Below are positions 9,257 through 19,386 of a DNA stretch of 64,000 bases, in pieces. A model generated the notes under the pieces. The model was not told where the DNA came from and did not search any database. It saw only the letters and a list, made by a program, of their open reading frames with translations. A program made the translations under genes and the position numbers. The stretch is from Planctomycetota bacterium (GTDB lineage Bacteria > Planctomycetota > UBA8108 > SXIK01). The stretch is from positions 1,120,001 through 1,184,000 of the forward strand of contig OZ244999.1 of NCBI GenBank assembly GCA_965223265.1, in the 5' to 3' direction. Position 1 is the stretch's first letter. Each line of letters opens with the position of its first letter.

Positions 9257-10690
9257 TCAGATCCCTTCGAGCTCTCCGGTGCTGTCGGAAAACGAATCGG
9301 TCTCGACTCCGAGACGTTGAAGCATGGAGACGAAGAGATTGGAAAGGGAGAGATCCTCGTGGGTCGCTTTCTTGGTCCACGGTTCAGCGTCTCCGGGCGC
9401 CCAGCCTCCTCGGTACGCGTGGGCTCCAGCATAGTTGAGATACCGACCGTGCTGCAGGCCCATGTTCTTTCCTCCGGCCAGGAGCAGCGGGTAATTTCGG
9501 GAGAGATGGAAGGCACTCGATGCCGAACCAAACAGCAGCAGCGTGTTGTCGAGGAGTGATCCCTGACCCGACGGTTCGGGCGTCTGTTTGAGCCGCATGA
9601 CAAAGCGGCCAAACTCCTCGTGAAGGAAACGGCAGTAGATCCCGAAATTCTTCCAACCATTCGGCTCTTTTGTTTCGTGCGACAACTGATGGGCCTGCGG
9701 AAACCCGACGGCACGCGCCAGATGGTCGCTGATTCCAACGCCATTCTCTCGGCCGATTTGATAGCTGGCCACTCGGGTGACGTCCGTTTTGAAGGACAAA
9801 TAGATCAACTCGAACATTGTCCGCAGATACTCGCGGGGTTCCTCCGGAGTGATTTCCAGGTTGAGATGATCTACGTTCACGGACGGAAGAGGCGTGTTGA
9901 CCCAGTCCTTCGACTTTTGCACGCGGCGTTCCGCTTCGCGGACGGACTGCAGGTATTCGTCCAGGCTTCTCTGATCGTGCGAGGAGAGTCGCCTTCGCAA
10001 TCGTCGCGCATCGGCTAACAAGTCGTCCAAAGCGCTTTGGCTAAGCGCGAGCCGGCGGGCGGCATCGGCATCGCTTTTGACGAACAACATGTCAAAGATC
10101 CGTTTCGGACGGTTCTCCGCGGGGATTGGCCTTCCATGACGATTGAAGGAAATCGTGTGAGCGCCGCGAGCCGTTCCTGTGCCCCCATCGGTTGACATGA
10201 CCAGTGATGCATAACGCGTCCGGTCACCTACGTGGCGCGCATATTCTTGGTCGAGAGAAATCGAGTTTTGGTAATCGGTATCCCCGGTTCCGGTTGCGGC
10301 CCCAGTCAGGAACTGGTCGGCGTTGTTGTGACCATGAACGTTGCGCCCGGCTGGGTGAGAGAGGCCTGACAACACAGTCAGCTCATTCCGCAACGGCTCG
10401 AGCGGTTCAAAGCACTTTGTGAAGGTGAACTCTTTCCCGCCTCCGTGCGGAAACCAGGCCCAATCCTTGTGCGCCGGATCTTCGGGGAGGGGCATGGGAA
10501 CGCCATCCGGAAAATAGAAACATCCCAGGCGTCTGCGCCCACTTTTTGCACGATCATCGGAACCCGCGGCCGCTCTCGCCGTGGGGAGCAGCGATCCAAA
10601 CACAGGCAGAGTCAAGGCCCAGCCCGCTCCACAAAGAAAGCTGCGGCGATCAAGCGACTTCAATGGCTTATTTCCTTCTGAATAGTTCAC
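9257..10690 (-). CDS. DUF1552 domain protein, Tat-exported
   Basis: LDRRSFL.GAG..L.LP N-terminus; FYFPDG, LSGLSH, NSISLDQ, LDEYL.SVRE.E, LLDNT..LFGS. Canonical partner of DUF1592 proteins. Confidence 0.9.
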   Translation of the reverse strand: MNYSEGNKPLKSLDRRSFLCGAGWALTLPVFGSLLPTARAAAGSDDRAKSGRRRLGCFYFPDGVPMPLPEDPAHKDWAWFPHGGGKEFTFTKCFEPLEPLRNELTVLSGLSHPAGRNVHGHNNADQFLTGAATGTGDTDYQNSISLDQEYARHVGDRTRYASLVMSTDGGTGTARGAHTISFNRHGRPIPAENRPKRIFDMLFVKSDADAARRLALSQSALDDLLADARRLRRRLSSHDQRSLDEYLQSVREAERRVQKSKDWVNTPLPSVNVDHLNLEITPEEPREYLRTMFELIYLSFKTDVTRVASYQIGRENGVGISDHLARAVGFPQAHQLSHETKEPNGWKNFGIYCRFLHEEFGRFVMRLKQTPEPSGQGSLLDNTLLLFGSASSAFHLSRNYPLLLAGGKNMGLQHGRYLNYAGAHAYRGGWAPGDAEPWTKKATHEDLSLSNLFVSMLQRLGVETDSFSDSTGELEGI

Positions 10691-13394
10691 TCGTAGCCAC
10701 CTCTTCGATCAATGTCGCCAATCCATCCCCCCGCTGACGAACTCGCGCGGTGATTTCTTCAACACCAGCTCGGTCGGCAAAGGTCAAGGGGCGGCCCAGG
10801 GAATACACTGCCATCTTATGCACCATGGCTTGAACGAACTGATCTTGGCGATTCTTCAGTAGGAAGCGTTTTAACCCGTCCATACCGTTCAAGGGTTCAT
10901 CGTTAAACAAACGACTCGTCGCGTCTACAGGTTTTCCGTTGATCGTGTCGCGCCAGCGCCCCAGCGCGTCAAAGTTCTCAAAGGCGATTCCCCAAGGATC
11001 GATCTTAACATGACAGGACATGCACGCAGGGTGGTCTCGGTGATCCTCGATGCGCTCCTTGAGCGTCATCTTCGCAATCTCCGGGTCGGCGAGATCGATT
11101 TCTGGGACGGCCGGAGGTGGTGGCGGGGGCGGATCATTGAGCAGGCTTTCCAGCATCCAGATGCCGCGTTTGAGCGGATTAGAATCCTCGCCACTTGAAT
11201 TCATGGCCAGTAGACCCGCCTGAGTCAGCAATCCTCCACGTTTCTGGCTTGGATCGAGGTTGACGCGTCGAAAGTGATTCCCGAAAACGTTTGGCAAACC
11301 GTAGTGCTGCGCGAGACGCTCGTTGGCCATCGTGTAGTCGGCGTGGATGAAATTCAGGACGCTTTCGTTGCGCAGCAGCACTTCTTGGAACAGCTCGACG
11401 GGTTCCTCCTGCATAGCTTCTTTAAGGAGCGGCTCCAGTTCTTCACTGGGTTTCAGGAAATCCAGCAGTTGCATGTCGAGCCACTGCCGGACGAAGTGGA
11501 TTGAGAACCGCTTCGAGCGCGAATCTGCCAGCATGCGTCGGACCTCGCCGACCAGGACGTCGGGCCGACTCAATCGTCTTTGGGCAGCCAACTCAAGTAG
11601 TTCGTTGTCGGGTACACTGCACCAAAGAAACATGGAGAGACGCGTTGCCAGTTCCTGGTCGGACAGCCACGCCGGCTCGGTCGGTTTGTCGGAATCCCGG
11701 ACGAGGTAAAGAAACTCGGGAGCAGAAAGAACGGTGGCCAGCACTTCAACCACGGCTTCCTCGAAAGTGTCACAGAGTTTTCGCACCTCATGAAAGAGAC
11801 GAACTTTCTGCTGGACCTCTTCGCTGCTCACCTTGCGTCGCCAGGCGCGTGACATGAAATCGGTGAGGATTTCTTTCGCATAGACGGGTTCGTCGCCGCT
11901 GTTCGTGCTCTCGGAAAAGATCCGCTTGTGTGACTCCGGCGGCCACTGGTCGTAGACGGGGCCCGAGACCTCCACGTAATAGATTTGAACGTCCCCTTGC
12001 GATGCAGAGCTGTTGACGAGCCGGATGTACTCGGATGGGCTGGGCAGGGAACCCAACGTTGACGTCTTCCTTACCGAGTTGCGGGGATAGATGTCGTCCA
12101 GTGGTATCTTCCATTGATAGAACTCAGGCTTCTCCGCAGCTGCGGTGATCGGAGTGTCCTCGGTGCTGACTCGGAGTCGCGCGCGGCCCTCGTTGCTGGC
12201 TTGCCAGCCGAATTCCAGCTGAAGGCTGGGGATCCGGTCCTCCTCCACGGAGGTTCGCGATGCCATAACGCGGACTCGAAGGATGCCTTCATCGGGAACT
12301 TTCTCTCCCAACTCGACAATCAGCGTCTTCTCCCGTCCCTGAGGAATCATCGCCACCTGATCGAATGACTCTGGGAGTTCCGGGCGGGAGTTTGTTGGCT
12401 TGAACGCGTACTTGGCCCCTCCGTAGTGCCACGTGTGGGGTGCGGTTCGACCTGTGGACAAATCTTTGAAATACGTTTCCGAGTGGGGCTTCGTGTAGCT
12501 GGCCAGGAGCTGATCAACTTCCTGCGCTTGCTTCTCAGAATCGTCTTTGAGTTTTTCCCTGAGCTCGGCGATCGCTGCCTCTTGTTTCGTCCATTCGATC
12601 TTGGCCGCTTGTTTCATCGAGACGCCCCAATAGAGAATGGGGGGGCGCGAACCGAGCGGCGTCGTCTGGGATGGCGTCCGGAATACCGTCGCCTGCGACA
12701 ACGCCTTCCTCGCCAGGCGTCGATACGTTTCCAGCTGCACCACAGACATCTGCAGCGTTTCCGAACTGTTTTGAAAGCCGTCCTCGGAGTGAGCTTCCGG
12801 CGGCAGGTCCCGGGCGAATTCCCGATGAAGCCCGAGGAGATCCTGCAGCGCATAGTTGTATTCATAACGCGTCATGCGTCGAAACGAAGAGTGCCCTCCT
12901 GTTGCCCGCCGAACGATCGAGGCTAGCTGGATTTCTTGGGACAACAACTCGATCGCTTGGGTCCGTTCCTCGCCCGACAGTTTGGACTTTTTCGGGGGCG
13001 GCATTTCGCCGTTTCCCAGGACCGCCATCACCTCGAGCCACCAGTCGACGTCCCCACCCTTCAACAGGTCGGGGTTGAGCTTGTCGATGCGAAGATCCGC
13101 CTTCGTCTTTTCCGGCCCGTGACACGAGACACAGTGTTTCGTAAGGATCGGCATAATCTTCTTGCGAAACTGGTCAGGCGAAAGCTTCGGTGTCTCGGGG
13201 GCATCAGCATATGCCGGCTGATTCTTGTAGCGGGATTGCCGAGCGCCGGACGCTTTCAGTTCCTCCAGCGTGGGCACCTCTGCCCCTGTCAATCCAGCCC
13301 ATCCAGTCAAACCAGGCAGCACGGGTGCAAGAGTCGCCCCGAGTATGAGTCCGAGCAGTTGCCGTCGTAGATCGATCCGTTCACGTTGAAACAT
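10668..13394 (-). CDS. Planctomycete cytochrome c / DUF1592-DUF1588-DUF1585 multidomain protein
   Basis: CVSCH and CMSCH heme motifs; RRMTRYEY..ALQDLLG, ELATRLS.FLW.S.PD, RGGLLTQA, KRG.W, PPPPP, GIAFENFDALGRWR. Likely start is the ATG at 13394; the ORF extends to 13613. Confidence 0.9.
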   Translation of the reverse strand: MFQRERIDLRRQLLGLILGATLAPVLPGLTGWAGLTGAEVPTLEELKASGARQSRYKNQPAYADAPETPKLSPDQFRKKIMPILTKHCVSCHGPEKTKADLRIDKLNPDLLKGGDVDWWLEVMAVLGNGEMPPPKKSKLSGEERTQAIELLSQEIQLASIVRRATGGHSSFRRMTRYEYNYALQDLLGLHREFARDLPPEAHSEDGFQNSSETLQMSVVQLETYRRLARKALSQATVFRTPSQTTPLGSRPPILYWGVSMKQAAKIEWTKQEAAIAELREKLKDDSEKQAQEVDQLLASYTKPHSETYFKDLSTGRTAPHTWHYGGAKYAFKPTNSRPELPESFDQVAMIPQGREKTLIVELGEKVPDEGILRVRVMASRTSVEEDRIPSLQLEFGWQASNEGRARLRVSTEDTPITAAAEKPEFYQWKIPLDDIYPRNSVRKTSTLGSLPSPSEYIRLVNSSASQGDVQIYYVEVSGPVYDQWPPESHKRIFSESTNSGDEPVYAKEILTDFMSRAWRRKVSSEEVQQKVRLFHEVRKLCDTFEEAVVEVLATVLSAPEFLYLVRDSDKPTEPAWLSDQELATRLSMFLWCSVPDNELLELAAQRRLSRPDVLVGEVRRMLADSRSKRFSIHFVRQWLDMQLLDFLKPSEELEPLLKEAMQEEPVELFQEVLLRNESVLNFIHADYTMANERLAQHYGLPNVFGNHFRRVNLDPSQKRGGLLTQAGLLAMNSSGEDSNPLKRGIWMLESLLNDPPPPPPPAVPEIDLADPEIAKMTLKERIEDHRDHPACMSCHVKIDPWGIAFENFDALGRWRDTINGKPVDATSRLFNDEPLNGMDGLKRFLLKNRQDQFVQAMVHKMAVYSLGRPLTFADRAGVEEITARVRQRGDGLATLIEEVATSELFRRK

Positions 13395-13609
13395 ATCGCT
13401 ACTTAGCCTACCAGGGCGCCAATTCAAAGTCACCCGAACGCGAGCGATCAGTGGGCGAGTTGATTTGGGGGCACTCTGCCGTTGCCGCGGCGACTTCTTC
13501 CGGGTTGCGGTGTGTGCTTCAAGAACGTCGAGATCCGCGAGCTGCCGCGAGAGGTCCAACCGGACCGTGTCCAACAGTTTACCGGTGGAACGTGGATACG
13601 ATTCGACCG

Positions 13610-14002
13610 TCACGCTTCGACGACGTCGAAGCCGACATCGTCCGTTGCGTCCGGATGGCCCGCATAGTTGAACGTGATTTCTTCATCCCGCTCGATCGTT
13701 CGGATCGCGGTGAGTCGTTTGGTCTGGGGAGCGAGGTCCTCGCACGCTGCGTTGGGTGTGTAGGAATGGTTGTAAAGTGCACCGAATCCGAGCGCCATCG
13801 CTACGTAGCCCTCGCGCCAGTGAAATACGTAGTTGGCCAGGATCGAGGTGCCTGACGGTGCATAGAGGTCAGTCACGGGAATGACGATCACTGGTACTTC
13901 TTCGATCACTTGACCCGCTTCAATCCGACACCGCGCAAAGACTCCTCGCCCACGAGTCTTGGTACGTTTGCAGTAAATCAGTTGGGAAGGAGTCAACGAC
14001 AT
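13610..14002 (-). CDS. SET domain protein (putative protein-lysine methyltransferase)
   Basis: RGRGVFA...I..G.VIE, YNHS..PNA, A.R.I...EEITFNY. Confidence 0.9.
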   Translation of the reverse strand: MSLTPSQLIYCKRTKTRGRGVFARCRIEAGQVIEEVPVIVIPVTDLYAPSGTSILANYVFHWREGYVAMALGFGALYNHSYTPNAACEDLAPQTKRLTAIRTIERDEEITFNYAGHPDATDDVGFDVVEA

Positions 14003-14148
14003 TGACGGTCGGTGAAGAGGATCAAACGGTTCGGGTCCACGCCGCCGAGTTTTCAGGAGCCGATGTCCTGCGAGTCGTCTCGGCTCCCGCTGAGCGCGAT
14101 CGCTCGCCGAGTAGAGTACCTCAACTCGGTTCGTGGCGCGCCACTAAC

Positions 14149-16671
14149 CTACTCGAAACCGATCGCTTCGGTAACGCGAAGTCGAGCGGCTCGCCGCGCG
14201 GGGACGTAGGCCGTTCCGAGCGCGAGCAGCGCAGTGAGAGTCGTGCATATCGTAAGGAACGGAACGTCGACGCTGAACAGGACGGGAATGCCACTGGCCG
14301 CTTCTCCTGAGACGTGCATCGCGTAACTCATCAGAGTCCCGGCGAGCGCCCCTGGTAGCAAGCTGATGACGGCGAGTGTTCCAGCCTGAGAGAGCACCAG
14401 TCGGAACACCTGGCCTCGCTGCATACCTACGGCACGCAGAAGCCCTATCTCACGAGTCTGCTCGAGGACGTTCATCGTCAGAGTGTTGATCACACCGAGG
14501 GATGCGACGAGAAACGCGAGCACGATCACTCCCCACACGAGACCGGTCACAGCGTCGATCATCGTATCGACGATCGCTTTGAACTCCTCCGACGAGTGTA
14601 CGACTAGCTCGCGACTTGAGCAGAACGCAGAGAGACGTGCTCCGCCTACAGGATCGCTGGCAGCGACGTTGACACGAAAGACGTGTACTCCGCGAAAATC
14701 GAATAGTCGCCTCGCTACAGCCCAGTCTACGTATGCGGCGAAGCCAGCTGAGGTGTATTCAGTCGCCGTGCCCGCGACTTCGAACTCATGAATTCCTTGC
14801 GTCGTCTCGATAGGGACGGCCGTTCCGAGATGGGCACCCAGCTGCTGTGCCACGGTCGTACCGAGCACGATCTGGCCTTCCTTGAGTGAGGCCGCCATCG
14901 TTTGTGGATCGCCTTGTTCCACGTCGAGCGGCAGGGGGGCGTCGGACTCGTTGGATACTGCCGCGATCGTCAAAGATTGGTCGCCGACTCTAGACGTTAT
15001 CCACGTGACGGTGTCGACACTTGAGACGCCCTCGATGGCGCGTAGCTCGTCGCCGAGTGTCTCGGGCATTGGGGCGGGGAGGAGCAACGTCGTCTTCGGC
15101 CACGCACTGCGAACGAAGTAGTCACCCGCCGCGATACGGTGCAGGTTGTCCCGGATGTCGTTTGTGTGTGTCACTAAAGTAGCCCCCGTAGCGACGGCTA
15201 CGGTGACCGCGACGAAAAGTACCGCGACCGTCAAGTTCGTCCGACCCAGACTTGCGCCTAGTTGACGCAGCGCGAGTCTTGTCTCGACGCCCAAGACTCT
15301 TGAGAGTGTCACGTTCAGAAATCCGATCATGGGCCGCACGGTGAGCTGCATTAGCAGGACGAGGCCGATCAGGCCGAGAGCCATCGCGGCTCCCACAAGC
15401 CTCGGGATCAACTCAGGCCCAACCCACTCGAACACGATTCCGAACGTCAACGAGGTCGGAAGAAGAACGAGGAGAAGCCCAACCACGACTGGAGCCACGC
15501 GGACGCCGGAACACTTCGGCGTTCGATGACCGAATAGAGCTCCGAGTATCGAACCCGCTGCCACGCGTCGTGCCGGGATGAAGGTAGCAAGAACCGGGAG
15601 GCCTGGACCGAAGATAGCAGCGAAGGCGATGGGGCCAAACGGTACGAAAAAGTCCATCGATCGGGCGCCGAAGCTCTCTCCAAAGACCTCGACGAATCCC
15701 GCCGCGATGAAGAGTCCAAGAGGGATGCCGACCAGGGTGGCAGCGACGCCCAGGACGAACGATTCTCTCAGGAGTAGCTGCGTCAGGCCGGTTCGTGTCA
15801 ATCCTAGTGACCGAAGGATGGCGAATTGGTGTCGCCGTTCGGTGAGATTCATCAGGAAAGTGTTGAGGATGACGAAGGTTGCCGCGACGAGCGACACGGT
15901 ACTGAGAGCGGAGAGAAGCTGCCGTGTACTGAGGAAAGTCGCGCGAGCAAGGGTGCCACGAGTCGAAGGACTCTGGATGTGGAAGCCGGCTGGGAGGGCA
16001 GCCTGGATCGCATTTTTGACTTGTGCTCGTTCCGCACTACCATCGAGCACGACTTGCACGCTATTGACCTCTCCGGGAAGACCAAACAGACCCTGCGCTG
16101 TCTTCAGCGGAAGGATCACAACAGCTCCGCGGTTTGCCATGGCAGCGCCGACAAGGTTCAGCGTTCCAACGATCCGCAGCTCCTTCAGTCCAGTCGGCGT
16201 CCAGATTTTTCCGACCCCATCGTGTGAGAGTCCTTGATCCGCCGCGAATCGAGCCTCCAAGAGACACGCCGATTCTCCTGCGGTCGGCAGCCGTCCTTCG
16301 GAGAGCTCGAGCCCGTAAACTTTGTTTTCCGTATCTTCCGAGAGACCGAGTGCGATCACTGGTAACGGTCCGTTCGAGCCCATAAGAGCTGCCGGAGACT
16401 GGATCGTCCCGACCGCGCTCTCGACCCCCGCTACGCCTCGCGCCAAGTCGGCGATGTACGCATCGAAGCCAGCATTTCCCCGGCGCACGACTTCGAGAGA
16501 GGCTCGCCCAGACGCCGCCTCAAAGACGTCACCGAAGGCGGCTTCAGTGTTCTCAATACTGATGGGAATGGCGACGATCGTTGCGACTCCGATCGCGACG
16601 CCGAGGAAAGTCAATGCGGCCCTTCCCGGGCGTCGCTTCGTTTCCATGATACTGATTCGCTTCAGTGTCAT
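14149..16671 (-). CDS. ABC transporter permease, double MacB_PCD/FtsX
   Basis: LTFLGVAIGVA, NTF.MNL.ERR.QFAILRS.G, and a second NTLTMNVLEQTREIGLLRAVG...PARRAARL. Confidence 0.9.
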   Translation of the reverse strand: MTLKRISIMETKRRPGRAALTFLGVAIGVATIVAIPISIENTEAAFGDVFEAASGRASLEVVRRGNAGFDAYIADLARGVAGVESAVGTIQSPAALMGSNGPLPVIALGLSEDTENKVYGLELSEGRLPTAGESACLLEARFAADQGLSHDGVGKIWTPTGLKELRIVGTLNLVGAAMANRGAVVILPLKTAQGLFGLPGEVNSVQVVLDGSAERAQVKNAIQAALPAGFHIQSPSTRGTLARATFLSTRQLLSALSTVSLVAATFVILNTFLMNLTERRHQFAILRSLGLTRTGLTQLLLRESFVLGVAATLVGIPLGLFIAAGFVEVFGESFGARSMDFFVPFGPIAFAAIFGPGLPVLATFIPARRVAAGSILGALFGHRTPKCSGVRVAPVVVGLLLVLLPTSLTFGIVFEWVGPELIPRLVGAAMALGLIGLVLLMQLTVRPMIGFLNVTLSRVLGVETRLALRQLGASLGRTNLTVAVLFVAVTVAVATGATLVTHTNDIRDNLHRIAAGDYFVRSAWPKTTLLLPAPMPETLGDELRAIEGVSSVDTVTWITSRVGDQSLTIAAVSNESDAPLPLDVEQGDPQTMAASLKEGQIVLGTTVAQQLGAHLGTAVPIETTQGIHEFEVAGTATEYTSAGFAAYVDWAVARRLFDFRGVHVFRVNVAASDPVGGARLSAFCSSRELVVHSSEEFKAIVDTMIDAVTGLVWGVIVLAFLVASLGVINTLTMNVLEQTREIGLLRAVGMQRGQVFRLVLSQAGTLAVISLLPGALAGTLMSYAMHVSGEAASGIPVLFSVDVPFLTICTTLTALLALGTAYVPARRAARLRVTEAIGFE

Positions 16672-17430
16672 GGAAACGCCTCCCCACCTTCCGCTTCGCC
16701 GTACTCTTCTGCGATGATGCTCGAAATGCTTCCTGCTTCGGGTAGGGCTTGATCGTCGACGATCCGGCCGTCGCGAAGTCGGATGATCCGGTCGGCGGCT
16801 GCAGCAACGCGCGAGTCATGTGTGACGATGACGATCGTCTGACCGCGGTCTGCGAGCTTGCGGAGGATCGCAACGATTTGGTCGCCGTGATCGGTATCGA
16901 GGTTTCCGGTGGGCTCATCTGCGAGAAGAACTGTTGGTTCGATGGCGAGCGCTCGTGCGATCGCCACCCTCTGCTGCTCACCTCCGGACAGTTCGACAGG
17001 GGCGTGACTATGTCGATCCGGTAGCTCGACCAGTTCGAGCTGTGCCTGCGCGCGCTGATTTGCCTCTCGTTCGGAGATCCCAGCCACGATCAGCGGAAGC
17101 GCGACGTTTTCTCGGGCAGTAAGGATGTCGAGCAAATTGAACCTCTGAAACACGAAACCGATCTTCTCGCGACGGAGTAACGTCAGCTGGTCGTCGGTCA
17201 GCGAGCGCAGGTTGAGGCCTTCGAAGATGGCGGCCCCGCTGGTCGGCGGTTCCAGACCAGCAAGACAGTGAAGTAGCGTGCTCTTGCCGGAACCCGAAGG
17301 ACCCATGATGGCTACGAATTCGCCGGAGTGAATCGTCAGGTCGACGTCGCGCAGCGCCTCGACCCGAGTCGCGTTCGATCCAAAGGCCTTCGAAAGTCGA
17401 CGTGCCTCGGATTTCTGGATGACGGGTCAT
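16668..17430 (-). CDS. ABC transporter ATP-binding protein (LolD/MacB type) with a +1 frameshift near the 5' end
   Basis: [39 protein letters not shown]. The ATG at 17430 (GGAGG RBS, overlapping the PadR stop) is out of frame with [11 protein letters not shown]...[11 protein letters not shown]. Confidence 0.85.
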
Positions 17431-17954
17431 TTCTGCCTCCGCAGTGCCTCTTCGCAGTTGTTGAGCCACTTGATGCGCGCTTCCAATTTGAGAGCGGCCA
17501 GGTCGAGGAGCATCACGGACCTGAGCTCGGAGGAGCCATTCGACGCTCGTGCTTTCGCGCTGACAATCTCGTGAAGTCGAGTCATGCATTCGCGCCGTTC
17601 GATCTCAATCACAGCCAACGGATCCACGGCTTCTAGACGACGAGCAAGGATGAGCTTAAGGAAAATTTCGTCCCGGCGGTCGATGGGCGCTCTCGACGGC
17701 TCTTCGATCCAGCGTCGCAGTTCGTCTCGTCCGGGGTCCGTTAAGTCATACACTTTCTTGTCCGGCCGAACGTCTTGTCGCACGACATCGTGCGAAACGA
17801 ATCCCTCGTGACTGAGTCGCTCGAGGCTCTTGTACACTTGGCCGACGTTGAGTTGTGCACCAGGAACGAGTTCCTCCTCATAGGCGGACTTGAGTTCGTA
17901 GCCGTGGAGAGGACCTTGCGACAGGAGACCGAGGATGGCGTATTTGATTGACAC
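17427..17954 (-). CDS. PadR family transcriptional regulator with Vir_act_alpha_C-like tail
   Basis: Start GTG 17954: SIKYAILGLL..GP.HGYELK, GQVY..L.RL...G, RPDKKVY.LT..GR.EL..W, RDE.FLKL. Confidence 0.9.
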   Translation of the reverse strand: MSIKYAILGLLSQGPLHGYELKSAYEEELVPGAQLNVGQVYKSLERLSHEGFVSHDVVRQDVRPDKKVYDLTDPGRDELRRWIEEPSRAPIDRRDEIFLKLILARRLEAVDPLAVIEIERRECMTRLHEIVSAKARASNGSSELRSVMLLDLAALKLEARIKWLNNCEEALRRQK

Positions 17955-17970
17955 GTTTCGCTCAGGTTTT

Positions 17971-19290
17971 TCAGAGGCTTTTGAGGTACTCGACGACTGC
18001 CGCGCGCTCCGCTCGATCGAAATCGTCTCCGAAGTTGTGTCCCATGTTGCCACGGCCATCGAGTGTCGTGTCGTAGATGGACCGTTTCGCCTCCGCATCA
18101 GCCGGTGGATCTCCATCGATCACGGTGATCTTCCACCCCAGCCGCGCTTTGTCGTAGTCATCCTTGTCGGTACGGTAAGTCCGTGTCCACACGCGCGGCC
18201 GCGAATCTGAGTCGAGCACATGGGCAACAGTCGGCACTGACCCGTTGTGGAAGTAGGGCGCTGTCGCCCACACTCCATCGAGAGGAGGTGCTTGGTATCC
18301 AGGGACCGTGTGGTCACGCTCGATTGCGTCGGCCCATGTTTCGCGAGCGAACCACGAGCTCAGGAAGTGTCGGTGTGCAGGAGTTTCGCGCATCGATGCC
18401 TCCGCGAGAACTGGATCCGTGCCGACTTCCTCGAGCGGAATGCGTCGGCTAGGATAGCTCTCCTCGTCGCCATACGTGCCGTGGCAGCGCGAACAGTGTT
18501 TGCGAAAAAGTTCTTCGCCGTCATCCGCAAGTTTGCGGTCGATTTCAAACGGAAATCTTGGCGCCTCAATCGATCTCACGTAAGCGAGGACGTCAGCGTA
18601 GATACTCTCGGCCTTCTTGATGTCCTCGCCCGGAATGATGGGGGAGAGCATGAACGTCAAGAACGGCCGAACCGCTCGAGAGTCAAGGAGACCGGTATGC
18701 AGCATCCGCTTCTTCTTCTTCTTGAGAAGCCACCATGCGGGAATGTCGACCAAAAGAGGCGGTCCAAGGTCGTATGTCCTTGGAATCCGCCGGTTGAGTT
18801 CTGCGTCGCGGAATTGCATGAGGTATGTGATCGACGCGTCGACTTCGATCGTCCCGCGTTGGTAGGACAAAGAGAGTGCGCTGTCGAGACGAACGCCGGA
18901 GACACCCCAAAGCTCTTCCATGAGCAGTTGCATATCCAGTGAACTGTTGCCGAGTCCGATGATGCTCTCCCCAGCGATCGATCCGGCATGACACAGGAGA
19001 CAGTCGTTTGCGATCCCGTCGCCGAGAAGTGATTTCGCGGCGCGAAGACCCATGGGCAGCCCGTCGTTTTCAAAGGGCGCCGTATGGAGACCGTAGCGCT
19101 CCCGGAAGGCCGAGTCGTAGTTCGCGGGACGCGTCTTGACGCCCCAGCGCTTCCAAACCTCGTCATAGGCACTCCGCGGCCAAGAAGCGGGAACTACCGG
19201 CGTGGTCAGGAGGGCAATCTTGCCCCTATCGGCGTCGGGGGCAGCCAAGAGAAGGAGAACGGACGTGGCGGTGACAAGTGGGGCGCTCAT
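17971..19290 (-). CDS. Secreted di-heme c-type cytochrome, RoxA/MauG-superfamily-like
   Basis: Signal peptide; CLLCH and CSRCH; GYQAPPLDGVWATAPYFHNGSVPT; GRGNMGH.FG...R.AVVEYLKSL. Confidence 0.85.
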   Translation of the reverse strand: MSAPLVTATSVLLLLAAPDADRGKIALLTTPVVPASWPRSAYDEVWKRWGVKTRPANYDSAFRERYGLHTAPFENDGLPMGLRAAKSLLGDGIANDCLLCHAGSIAGESIIGLGNSSLDMQLLMEELWGVSGVRLDSALSLSYQRGTIEVDASITYLMQFRDAELNRRIPRTYDLGPPLLVDIPAWWLLKKKKKRMLHTGLLDSRAVRPFLTFMLSPIIPGEDIKKAESIYADVLAYVRSIEAPRFPFEIDRKLADDGEELFRKHCSRCHGTYGDEESYPSRRIPLEEVGTDPVLAEASMRETPAHRHFLSSWFARETWADAIERDHTVPGYQAPPLDGVWATAPYFHNGSVPTVAHVLDSDSRPRVWTRTYRTDKDDYDKARLGWKITVIDGDPPADAEAKRSIYDTTLDGRGNMGHNFGDDFDRAERAAVVEYLKSL

Positions 19291-19331
19291 CGGAAGCCTT
19301 TGCGCTCGTTGCGCTTGTAGAGGTTTGGGCC

Positions 19332-19354
19332 ATATAGATACTATGTATCTATAT
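19332..19354. promoter_or_regulatory. Perfect inverted repeat ATATAGATAC-TAT-GTATCTATAT, candidate PadR operator
   Basis: 10-bp arms, 3-nt spacer, AT-rich, ~42 bp upstream of the first gene of the PadR-containing operon. Confidence 0.6.
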
Positions 19355-19386
19355 ACAGGGTATAGTCAGATTCCAAGAGAAAACCT

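Noticed and set aside
13395-13613. N-terminal extension of the DUF1592 gene overlapping the SET gene stop
   Set aside because: Low-complexity sequence ahead of the signal-peptide-like segment; the ATG at 13394 is the more plausible start.
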